Below are positions 48,758 to 59,775 of a stretch of DNA of 64,000 bases, one piece after another (position 1 is the first letter of the stretch; the number at the start of each line of letters is the position of its first letter). The notes under the pieces were generated by a model that saw only the letters and a program-made list of their open reading frames with translations, did not search any database and was not told the origin of the DNA. The DNA is from Podarcis gaigeae. Lineage: Eukaryota. Made by a program: the position numbers and the translations under genes. The stretch lies in assembly GCA_964106915.2 (NCBI GenBank), contig OZ066922.1, one strand, 5' to 3'.

Positions 48758-50200
48758 TACTTTGGGGAAAGTGTGTCCAAAGAGGACTTCGTGGAGCCCC
48801 TGAAAAGCATAGCCCAGTGAAGTGCAAACACGTCTAGGATCAAGGCTACGTCCCGAGAGAATGGAATGGAAAGGGAGATCTAAGCTTCTCGAAGGGGAGC
48901 AACGCTCCACTGAAACCAGTAGAGTGTACCTAAGGACGCAGTTAGTTGCTTTTGGGGAAATCCCGTTAACTTGTGGAAGGTTTGCCTCCACTTTATTGTG
49001 GGGGAAAGGAGCGTCCCGTGTCCTTGCTTTCCATGGGATTTAATTTCCAAGGAAATATTCTGAGGGCAGCCTCTGCTAAAGCGTTGGCTTGAGCTCCAAG
49101 TCCATTCATACCCACGGAAGATCGCAGCCTGCGAAGGTTGCTCTCTGGGCTGTGGGAAACCAACGTGTTGGACACGTGAAATACTTCCCTATCCTCTTCC
49201 AGATGGGAGCACAGTAGGTAGGACCCGACTCGTTTACAGGCTCCCTCTTGCACACACGTTCTTTATTTGATAGAAAGGCTGTGAATCCGTAAATCCGTGG
49301 AAGATTCCAGGAAGGGAACGCGCAAGCGGGAGCCACTCCATCACTTTCCTTCTCCGACTTGAGAGGCCTTAGGGCAGGGGTGGGGGTCCACAGCTCCCGG
49401 CAGCCTCAGCCAGCAGGGCCAAGGCTTTGTAGTTCAGCAACATCGCGGGGCAAGGGGAGACACAAACGGGTTTAGAGAGATTGTTCTTGGCTATCCCAAA
49501 GTAATCCTTCTTGGCCCTTCAAAACATACGGAATGGGGTGTTTCCCACTGACTTCGCTGGAACATTGTTCTGACGCTCTAAATTTAAGGACCCCGGCCTT
49601 TATTGGGCGTGGGAGATGCCCGTAAACCCCTGAACCAGCCTCTTGAGTGATTTTAATTTCTGCAGCATAGGCAAAAGCTCCGCAAACCGGTTAAACTGGT
49701 AGGCTTTGGACTGAAGCTGTTTCAGAGGCCATCCCTAAACGCTTGACCCTAAACGCAGACTCCCTTCCAAAGTAAAGTCGCCGTGAAAACCGAAGGGACC
49801 ATTTTCAAACGTATCCATTTGGAAACAAATTCCAAAATCCACGTTAGGGCAATGCCTTTCTTAGAGTAACCAAAATGTCGCAAGAGACTCCCTTGATGCT
49901 AGGGACAAATTTCTAGTCGGTTTCAATGCCAGCCTTTCGCTTTCGCCCTCAGTTGCGGATCCGAGTGGAAATGTCCCGGCTCCGCTTTCTGAGCTAAACT
50001 CTAACCGGCTCGCTCTCCTAATCGACAAGTCGCTGATTTCAAGGGACTCTCTCTTAAAGCAAACGGGATTGCCTTTAAATTAGTGTGTTGTGGATTGGAA
50101 CTGATGAGTTGTGGATTGAGGCCCCAGCCAGCAAATCTCCTGAGAGAGCCTGCGGTTTAAAGAAACGTCGACAAAGACAGATCCCTTTGGGGAAGGAGTA

Positions 50201-50202
<2 letters not shown>

Positions 50203-50236
<34 letters not shown>
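50203..50236. repeat. (CA)n microsatellite, intronic
   Basis: Pure run. Confidence 0.95.
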
Positions 50237-50240
<4 letters not shown>

Positions 50241-51208
50241 AAAGATCAGTGGGGTTTCAGATGTGCTGTTGCAGGCTGCAGTCCAGCGGAGGGTTGTGTG
50301 TGTTTGGAACCCACTTCCTCATAAGGCTGTAATCTGCAGGTCACATAGTAATACTGAACCCTTTAACTGGAGTTCCTGAGCTACGCGTTGATCACACAGT
50401 AAGTCAGGAAAGTTCTATTCACTTTGAACTTATCAGGCAAATGTATTGCGGGGCGAGCTCCGCCTTCCACCAGTAATTCAAAATATCATGCCCTCTTCCT
50501 TTCCTCCAAGAATTTAACCTATAGAATACGCCTAGTTAATCGCGAGCGGGAAGAGGAAACCGGTTACAATCACAAGTTTTCTGTTTTTCTTTAAATATAA
50601 TCGGGAAGGATGTTTTTTAAACAAAAAAACAACAAAAAAACAGCAGTTGCTAAGGGACCAAGAGCTGGAAATTGAATCTCAACCCGGATTAGAATGGTTA
50701 AGGTTACAAACAATCCTGAACAAAAACACTTGGGATGCATTTTTAAATAAAATAAAATAAAAATCCGAAGTAGACCCCATACATTTGCTGTGTTATCCTA
50801 AAGCGCTAGGAAACATCTTCCGTTGAAATTGGTGGGATATCCAAATAATTGCATTTTAGCACTCTGAACTGGAATTTTTAAAAAAAAGGTTTGAGTGCAC
50901 AATATTCGAAAGAGACGATCCCCCAAGGGGTGGTGGTGGGAAGATATTTCCAAGTATTTTGGGACTCGGCTATTGCCCATATACAATACTCAGTAGATCA
51001 GTACTCTCAGATCCTAAGCATGCCTATTTCACAAGAAAACCAGCAGTCGGTGCTTCCAGGTCTGCTCAGGGTCTAAGTTAACATGGGGGGAGGGGAGGCG
51101 AGGCTATACAACACATCTCATACATTAATTCCCATTTATAACCAGTAAACATATGCAACACGTGTGTGTATAGGGGAATTTAAAATCTATTCGTTTTCCA
51201 TTCAGTTG

Positions 51209-51223
51209 GAGAGAGAGAGAGAT

Positions 51224-51264
<41 letters not shown>
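51209..51264. repeat. (GA)n microsatellite, intronic
   Basis: GA run with two GATA interruptions. Confidence 0.95.
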
Positions 51265-51268
<4 letters not shown>

Positions 51269-52108
51269 AATTGTGTAGACAGTATTGAGATGTGGGGGGG
51301 GGGGGGAGAATGATGAATGAGTAGATGCAAAGTCGTTTGGGGGGGGCTGATTTATTTTGTAGGTTCAGTGTTTACTTAGACACATATCCCACAACCTCAC
51401 AGGCCATTTGTCCAGCAACCTGAGATTCTGGGTAGCTTATACACTATTGGGCTGTTCAGTGAGCCGAAGGACTTTTTTTTGCTTTGCTTTGCTTTAAAGT
51501 GTGTGTCCAACGCCTGCAAATATGAAAGTCTTTTATAGTTAAAATAAAGTTCATCCTATATTTGGAGAAGCACTGTTCGCTCGCGTTTGGAGGGCGAGCC
51601 GATTCAGAAAACCGTTAAGCCTGGAAAAATAAGCAGGCCACAACAAATACTATACTATAGACGAGGCTACAATTCTGTGCACGCTTCGCTTGGGTGTAAA
51701 CCCCACAGAACTCCCAGGCCTTTAACTGAGTTGACGCGTGTTGGGTCGCCGTGGGAGCCGCTTTCCTTCCCAAGGGTTGCGCTTTTGCGCTGCATCCAGC
51801 TCCTCCGGCGATCCTCTACAAACAGCGGCTGCTCAGAAGGCTCAGGAAAGCGTACTCCATTGCACCAACTCCGCAGCCCTAGCTGGGTTGTGTTAAGTGT
51901 GCGGATCTGATCCCTCCACGTTTTGCGAGAAAGCCCGTTTCAGAGAAAGAGCTTGCTCCGTTTGCTCGGAGGCCTCTCAGCAAACGTACCGAGGCTCCTT
52001 TTACGCCTCCCTCCTGCCAAAGAGGTGCGGGCGGGAGGAGGTTAACCCAGATAAAACGCAGGGAGATAATCTCTTTGTTTCTCTTCTCCGTCTCCTCTCC
52101 CGGAACAG

Positions 52109-52207
52109 AACGAGATCCTGAAAAGTACAGTGAGCAGCAACGACAAGAAGACGAAAGGCAGGACGGGCTGGCCGCAGCACGTGTGGGCTCTGGAGCTCAA
52201 GCAATGA
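52109..52207 (+). CDS. HAND2: HAND2 coding exon 2 (NEILKSTVSSNDKKTKGRTGWPQHVWALELKQ*)
   Basis: Polypyrimidine tract and AG acceptor at 52107-52108. Translation gives the conserved HAND C-terminal peptide, with TGA at 52205-52207. Not in the ORF track because it is a short spliced exon. Confidence 0.98.
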   Translation, partial: NEILKSTVSSNDKKTKGRTGWPQHVWALELKQ

Positions 52208-52344
52208 GGCGCTCGCAGGACTGCAGGGAAGGAGCGCCCGAAGAAGCCTCGTCTTGCCGGGGGACTCTCTGCGCCTTCGAGAGAGCCGCTGCCGAGCTGA
52301 GGACTTGTTGTTGTTGTTGTTTTGGAATCGTCTGGTTTATTTAT

Positions 52345-52351
52345 GTGCAAT
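52345..52351 (+). promoter_or_regulatory. miR-25/32/92/363/367 seed match (7mer-m8) in HAND2 3' UTR
   Basis: GTGCAAT next to AU-rich TTTATTTAT; miR-25 regulation of Hand2 is established in mouse heart. Confidence 0.65.
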
Positions 52352-52416
52352 TTCCCTCCCCTAGTCTCGCCTTTAAAAAAAAAAACCCCAAAAAACCGCG
52401 GATCTTGGAAGAAAAG

Positions 52417-52423
52417 CATTCCA
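52417..52423 (+). promoter_or_regulatory. miR-1/206 seed match (7mer-A1) in HAND2 3' UTR
   Basis: CATTCCA pairs with the miR-1 seed GGAAUG; Hand2 is an established miR-1 target in mammals. Confidence 0.7.
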
Positions 52424-52830
52424 TATTTGAATATATGAAGAAGAAAACTCCGGCGTGGTAAGGGGGATAATGGCGTCTCCATAGTTTTTTGTTTTGTTTT
52501 TTTCCCCTCCTTCCTCCTCTCTCCCCTTCATTGAATGTTATTTTTGCTTTATTTGTATAGAACACACGGGACAAAAAGAAAGAAAGAAATCTCGCAGGCA
52601 TTAGGGTGTCATGTGACGTGTATGTGTTTAATACTTGCCCCGTGGGGTCAACGTGTCGATGGCGATCTCAAAGCAGGAGCCCACAATTTCTGCGTCTTGG
52701 GCCAAGTCCGGGGCTTCCCAGGTTTGTCCTTTTCCCCATTGCGGTCGCTCAGAGAGCTGGGAGAGATTTTGCGACAGCTCTTTTGTTCAAGTGCACTTCG
52801 GTCCTTAAGGAAGCGAACCGAACGTTAAAA

Positions 52831-52930
52831 ATTAAAATAAAAGTAAAAACGAATAGTCCGTGGAGCTGAATTTAATAACGCAAAGGTGTAAACGCTGTAC
52901 GTATTCAATAAACCACTGTGTGTGTGTTTT
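52831..52930 (+). terminator. HAND2 polyadenylation signals
   Basis: ATTAAA/AATAAA at 52831-52841 and AATAAA at 52907-52912, followed by GT-rich CTGTGTGTGTGTTTT. Confidence 0.7.
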
Positions 52931-52999
52931 CTAAAACGAAAATGTTCGATGCATTGAAATGTTTTTTAACCCCTTTCCTTCCTGAGTTTTGCTATTGTA

Positions 53000-53055
53000 A
53001 TCCTGGTCGTTTACTTCCAAACGTTAGCTAACGTTTGGAAGTAAATGTCCAGGAT
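53000..53055. repeat. Palindrome: 36-bp perfect core, 56 bp with two mismatches
   Basis: TTTACTTCCAAACGTTAG|CTAACGTTTGGAAGTAAA at 53010-53045. Confidence 0.95.
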
Positions 53056-53887
53056 GACATATCAAGGTGAGATCCTGTGGGCTGGGGTTGCCTGCGAAAG
53101 CCTTGTTGGAAGCGGTGACACTTACTTCCGAGTAAACGCGCGGCATAGGAATTGGGATAGCAAGCTTATGCCTTTAGTTTTGACCCTGGTGAAAAGGTAA
53201 AAGAGAAATATCAAAGGCGGGAGATGTTTTTTTCCCCCGAGACTTTGGCTGCGATCCTGACCACGTTTCCGCGGAAGTAAATTCCACCCGTGCTCAGGGG
53301 GCAGGGAAGCATTTACACTGAGCCAAATACTATTTCTCAGGTTGATGTTTTTATAGTACTTTATATGGGCCGTAGTAGAGCACTAGATCAAGTCAGAAAC
53401 AAATTTTGCTTTGTTTTCTCTGAGGAGTGAGAGAGAGAGGTTGTTTAGTTTTACTGAAGCTGTAATAATTTAGTGATTTCTAAAGGTGTTTGCTTGCGAA
53501 TGGGGGAGGATACTGCGGACGGGAGGTAATCTGGATATTTATTTCGTGCTTATCGGAGCGAGCTGTTTTTCTCGGCGTGTTGTATTCAGAGGTGGCAACC
53601 GGCAGGGCGTTGCAGGGAAAGGTTTGTGCTGCGGAAGCGCCCTCGTGCTTTGGCTGGGGCCAGGCCAAAGATGGTTTAGGAAACCTCGGTATACCGTGTA
53701 AGTGATTATGTAACTTGGAGCTTTATGTCAAGTATGAAACAGGGAGCAAGGCTAGGGATTTCGGAAAGGGGAGAAATGCAAGATTTACAGTGAGATACGG
53801 TGACCTGGATATTAACTTTGTGGTTCCCTAAAACTCTCCTGGGTTGCACTTTTCCTTCCAATTGACTGCAGCGAGTCCATTTATTTA

Positions 53888-53889
<2 letters not shown>

Positions 53890-53927
<38 letters not shown>
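53890..53927. repeat. (TG)n microsatellite
   Basis: Pure run. Confidence 0.95.
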
Positions 53928-53929
<2 letters not shown>

Positions 53930-56079
53930 GTGTAGTCCTACTCTGGCAAGGGCTTCCGAATTGGGCTCTGTAATGTTCATAAGGGGAGCAGCGAGGAAGA
54001 GAATAAAATGGGCTTGTTCTACCGAAACTTATCTGGGATGGAAACGCCACCAGGCCGGGAAACAGACTCCCCTGCCTTGAAGCTCCTTGAAACTGACCAG
54101 GGCTGGAAACCGCCTCGATAAGGCGACGCTGGCTTCTAACAACCGGAAGAAACGCTGGTGTCGCGAAATGGAAAACCCCCGTCATTCTCGTCCCTTTTCA
54201 AAGGACCTCGCTCCCTCTTCGCAACAGCATTGCCCAAAATTTCCCAATACTGCTGCTTAGTCCTGAGTTTTCTTTTCAGCCTTTTCTTGACCGGCCTGAA
54301 AAGAGAAGCGGCGCTAACGGAGTTGAGGTTGAGGACATAGGAACCGAATGGCGTCCGTCATTTTGCGTGGGGTTTAAGCTTGTCCCCTGAGGAAGCTTGC
54401 TTTGGTCTTAATCGGGCTTTCAAGGTTAATCGAGAGGATTTTTCATTCTTTCTCCCGAGCTCACTTTTATAGATCTGTAGCCCCCGGGCTCCCGGCGTGA
54501 GTGGAACAAGACATCCGCGCAGGCTGGCTGGCTCTGCCCCAGATGTCTCTGATGTGCGTGGCTGTTGTTTTTTGAAACCCTCCCCCCCCCTTTTCTTTTC
54601 TTTTCTTTTCTTTTCTTTTAAATGGCTCGCCCTGGCCGTGCTCTGACGAAGAGAGAAGGTAGATTTCCAGCTGCCCATAAAAATATAAGCAGGGGCCTTT
54701 TACACCGCTGTCCAGGCCGCCTTGACAACAGGAAGGTTGCGAGGTTACAACAACGAGGCCAACGTGGTGTGCCCTCTTCCAGTCCCGGGGTCAGGTAGCT
54801 GAGGCTTGGAAGAGCTGTGTTTACAGACACTTGCCTGGGAAGGAACATTCCCTCTACCCCCCCACCACCACCTCACACTTTTCTTTTCAAAAAAGTTAAC
54901 TCTAGCTGCTGTTGTAGCTGGATCCAATCTCTCCTTTCCAACCCAGTACGATTTTTCGTAGATCTTGCTCAACGCTATCCAAAGTTCTGGATAGAAAAGA
55001 GAAACAACTGGTTCAAGGATCGCGCAAACTTCCCACTCCCAGACGCCGCCCGTCCTCGCGTGTTTGTAGATTTCTGGCCCAGAATATCGACTGGCAAGTC
55101 TTTCTATGTTATGTTTGCACTGTTACATCCACGCAGTGCTTTGAACTAGGATTTTAGAAGAAGCGGGTCTATGTTCCGAGGCTGGGGCGAGTGCTGAAGG
55201 GTTGATTCTTCACCACCACCTCTTCTTTTAGGAACCCCCCAGTTTAATGAATAAATTATTCCTCATTCAAACTTCTCAACGCTTCCTTCCCGAACAGCAG
55301 CAGAAAAGGAAAACCTGCACTTGTTTGTTTGCAGTAGAGAGCATACTTGAGCGATCTACGCTTTCTCTCACACACGTGTACGCACGAGCTCACAGGGTCA
55401 CCAATGCCACTCTTCCTAGGGAATAAGGCCCGTCGTATTGTCGAAATAGTCGATCATCCAGTCGCTTAGGTGGTATTAGAGAGAGACTGTTAACTCCGTG
55501 TGAACATGTTTATGCATTACTTTAAAGCTTCCCCCACCCTAGAATGGAAAGATGCTGCAGAATCGTCAGGATCCCACCCAAAGTCAAGAACTTTGAGACT
55601 GCAATCCTACCCACGTTTACTTGATAAACTGAAATCCGCGGCGCTGACTTCCAAGTAATCATAGATACTAGCTCGGTTGCACTATTTTCGACCCCTGGTG
55701 CTAGAAATAAGAGTCCAGCACGATAATAATAACAGTGTCTGCCCGACCGGGGCTTAAATTTGTGTACCGATCGCTAGCGATCTAAGCTCTCAGACAACAA
55801 GCCCCCCCCCAAACCCAAGAAATCCTCTGACTTCCGTGAAGAGGTATTTCTAAGTGTGCGCGGAGGATCTCAACCATAGAAACAGACCAGGTTGACTGAC
55901 CGGCATTTTTTCCCCTTTCCACCAGATGATCAATAGGACTTTTGGCTTCCAGTCCTCCTCCTCCTCCCTCTCTTTGTCTAAACGAGTGGGGCCATCGGAC
56001 CCACTGAAAGGTGATGGCGGGTGGGCGGGCGAGGGTTAAGAGGGGAAAGAGGGAGAGAGAGAAAGGGTGGGGGGGGAGA

Positions 56080-56310
56080 GATCCTTTTTAATTGCTCGGT
56101 AATGGGGCTGTTGCTATTTTCTCAGGAGCAATCATTCCTGGAGCTAAATCGCAAGAGCCCTAGACAGGCCGGAGCCGACAAAAATGTAGCTTTTGACGTT
56201 AAAAGCTAAATGGGGAAGCGGGGCGGTGGAAGGTAAATTGATGGTCGATTGGGATGTCAGGAGCCCTGGCCCCAGATCGCTGCGCGGGAGCTGCGAGCCT
56301 GATAAGGCCC
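56080..56310. promoter_or_regulatory. Candidate downstream conserved element
   Basis: TAATTG 56089-56094, TAAATTGATGG 56234-56244, TGATAAG 56300-56306, in unique CpG-rich sequence. Confidence 0.4.
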
Positions 56311-59300
56311 TCTCTCGCTTCTTGGGACGTGGTCCTTTCGGGCAGCGACTCGCTGGGAACTGGGGACGAGCCTGGCAACGTCTCTCTCTCCCTCTCTATC
56401 TGTAAAGTTCTCGCTAAGGTCAGGCCTGAACTTCTCCGTCGCCTTGTCCACCCCCACTCCCTTCCCTGGGATGATAACCGCTGCGCAACCAGCGCCACGG
56501 GGAGGGAAGAGATAGAGAGGCCTGAGAAAAAGATCAGGATCCTTTTCTCTCGCGTCGCCTCCTGGCTGGCAATAATGGCTTAAGAGGCCGCAGCAACTAT
56601 TTGGTAGGTAACCCGAGAGGGGAAATTAATGAATGAGCCACAGCCAAGGAGAGAATCTTCTGCAACTGGTTTGGAAACGCGCATCGCAGAGAGGACGAAG
56701 CGCCTGGATGCAAGGCGGGAATTTCCCTGAAGTTTCTTTAATCCTCGAGGAGACCCCACTCCCCTCTCTGCTAGGCGCGTTTCTTCACTTGAGAGTAAAC
56801 ATGCATAGGATCGGGTTGGTAGCCTCCGTCAGATCACCCTCGCAAAGCCATCCCCCTGCGTGTTGACGCAGAAATCTGGGGAGTTGTGGCGAGGGCGACT
56901 TTCTACAGTGAACAAGGCAGGGAATTATTATCTGATCCGTGGAACTTTTGCTTCCCAGCAAATCTTCCCAGGATGAGATGCCACGCCAGGCTGCGGTCAT
57001 TAGCCTCATGATCCCGAATACATTTTTCGGGAAGCAAATTGCCTCGAAATAGATTTGGTTTTCTGGCCCAGTGCAATGGGACCAGGAAACAGTCCACATT
57101 ATAATTGAAATCCCTGGATGGTTTTTATCGGCTGCGGATCGCCCTTTAAGCCTGTCTATGATCACTTACTTGGGGGTAAACACGTGCGAACCTGGGTTGC
57201 ACCCCATCCTCTAGCATTGGCGCGCAGCATTAACTCCCTAGGGACTCGCTTCCATGCAAATGTATTCTGCTTCTGGGCAACAGTTTTGCGAGAATGGAAT
57301 ATACTTTTTTTAAAAATAAAGTGATAGTAGCATATGCCATGGTGTTTAATGATTTTCAGATACAGTATAGCTCACAAGTGTGTTTAATTCTCCATCATGG
57401 CCTTCAAAACTAGCATTTGCCTCTCCTTTCCCTTACTAGCATAAAGAAAAGAATCGTGTTTGGAAGGCTTATAGAACATCTTCCTTATTAATGTGAATTA
57501 TATTTACTTACTTTCCCTGTTTTGTTTTGAAAGGATTATTTGGAATAGTTTTAAGGCTGCAGTACTCTGCACGCTTTCTTGAGCTCCAGCCTTGCGGGCT
57601 TGCAGTGGGGCCTGCAGAGCAAACGCGCGCAGGATTGGGGCCGTGGAATCTACTGTTTGACTTCTTTAACAAGGCGGCCCTTCATTGAGAGAATGAAGCC
57701 CCTCTGACTTCTGTCGGGTGAGCATCTCACATATGTGAATGTGGGACAGGAATGTGCCTTTTGGACTCTGTTCCTTCCCATCACTTGTTTTAAATAGGCA
57801 ACTGGAGCTACGCGAGAGTAGCTGGCTTCCAGATTGCAGGGAGGCGCCCCGATCCTAAACACATTTGCTTGGAATTAGCTCCCTTTGATTTCAATGGGAC
57901 TTCACTTATCTATAATGTCTTCAGTATGGGGTGTTGCTCTCTCTACAGCTTCAGCCGTGCTGCGGTGATTTATTTTAAGAGCCCGCGAAAATCGTTTATT
58001 TGTGTAGGGGTAAACTGTAGGTTGGGAATCTGAAGGTTTGCTTGTTTGGAAGTGGATTGCATTGAAATAGGTGGGAAATGCAAAGTTTTAGGAGGTCGGC
58101 CCTTGTTGGGAGCCACCGAGAATGCGCTATTTGCTTTTCATTTTCCTGCGGAGAAGCTTAAGCCGCAGTGCATCACAGCCTGAAGAAGTGAAAAGAATAA
58201 CTATCCACAATATTTACGTGCTGACTTCATATCCCTTTAGATTCTGTTTAAAAGCTGCACACTAGAAAAAGGCCCTGATTCAGCTGCGTGAATCGGATTT
58301 CAGAATCTGCCATCGAAGGCCGACCAACCAGTATGTTTTGTTTTTGTTTGTGGCCATCTTTTTGTCTCTCTCTCCATCAACATGCAAAGTTATTTAAATA
58401 TATCTTTCTTTAACCTTTGAGCTACGTTTGTGGACAAGATGCAGCTCAGAATAACTGCTGAGGTTCTGGCGCTCCGGGGTTATTGTCCACAATCTGGCGA
58501 AAGTCTGAATTATTACAGGCCTATTCATTTATTTACTTTATTCTTTATTATTTTTAATTACCGCCCTTCATCAGAAGATCTCAGGGCGGTTCACAAGATA
58601 CATAAATATTTTTTTACCAGAGAGAAAACCTTATTCAGCAGAGTGGGTCTTCCTTCCAAATCGACACATATTAGAACTGTACTATGTGTCTCTCCCATTC
58701 AGCTTGCCCGGTCTTAGATATAAATGTGTGGACCGTTTGCTATTTCAATCCACACAATATATTCCCTCTCCACGGCCTTCCGCTTTCACAGCTGGAATAA
58801 AGTACCTGGATTTCATTCAGTGTACAAACCCACATCTTAGATTTCCAAAAGTAACTTAAAAGCGAACCTGTCCAATTTGGGGTACCACTATCCTTTCCAC
58901 ATATTTCTTCTTACAACTGTTGTTCCAAATACATCTGCTTGGAAGAGGTACCATTCGTTTCAAATTTGAAATGCTTCCAAATATTTGGAATATATGCTTC
59001 CAAATATATATTTTGTGCTCAAGAGGGCGCTTCAAATACCCTAGGAATGCAAGATAATGTTGATTTGCTTGCATGTTTACTACAGATAGTTTCCTCCTGT
59101 CCACATATGTCAGAATAGCTTGTTTTAAGTAGTACTAGTATAGTAGACACTTGTTATTTTACTACTGATTTACATTTGCATGGAAATCAGTCTCCACTAG
59201 TCTGAACAGGGCCTACCATTACCAAACTCACACTGAAGCTCCTCAGTGCAAGTGATGGGTTGGAATATATTTAATGACAGAACAAATTCTCTGAAATCAG

Positions 59301-59340
59301 TATTTCCCTCGGTTGAAAATTATCTTGTCTGTATTGAACC

Positions 59341-59775
59341 AGGGACGTTTACACCAGCACTGAAACCTCTTTAACAGACTTACGCCTGTGCATGTTTGGC
59401 GGTGATGATGAGGGACAGTTCTCATGAACTATAGGGTACCTTCAGTTGTAACAGACGAGCTGCGAGGACTTGCCTGAAGTCCTATAGCCGAGGGGTAGGA
59501 AACATGTGACCCACCATTAATTTGGCTCATCATATCTGACCATCACTCACGCTGGCTGAGGTTGATGGGAATTGGAGTCCAACCACAAATGGAGATCCGC
59601 AGGTTCCTAACCCCGGACGAGAGGACTGCAGCCTAATCTACGCAACGCACCCATCAATTACAAGCTGAAGTTCCCCTAATCATAGTTCATGAGAACTACT
59701 CCCACCCCCATAAGCACCAGACACTCGCGGACATACATCTGTTAAAGGAATTTCAATGCTGTTGTAAACAACCCT
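59341..59775. repeat. Diverged long inverted repeat (~105-bp arms) enclosing a family C MITE (~59490-59615)
   Basis: GTTTACACCAGCACTGAAA..CTTTAACAGA / TCTGTTAAAGGAATTTCAATGCTGTTGTAAAC; AGTTCTCATGAACTAT / ATAGTTCATGAGAACT. Confidence 0.75.

Larger units (their letters stand above)
48444..52108 (+). other. HAND2: HAND2 intron (3665 bp, GT-AG)
   Basis: GTCAGT donor and pyrimidine-rich ...CGGAACAG acceptor join the two exons in frame. Confidence 0.95.
52208..52930 (+). other. HAND2: HAND2 3' UTR
   Basis: From the stop codon to the poly(A) signals; contains TTTATTTAT, GTGCAAT and CATTCCA elements. Confidence 0.75.

Noticed and set aside
52075-52461. 128-aa ORF across exon 2
   Set aside because: Different frame from the true exon, starts in the intron and runs through a UTR microsatellite.
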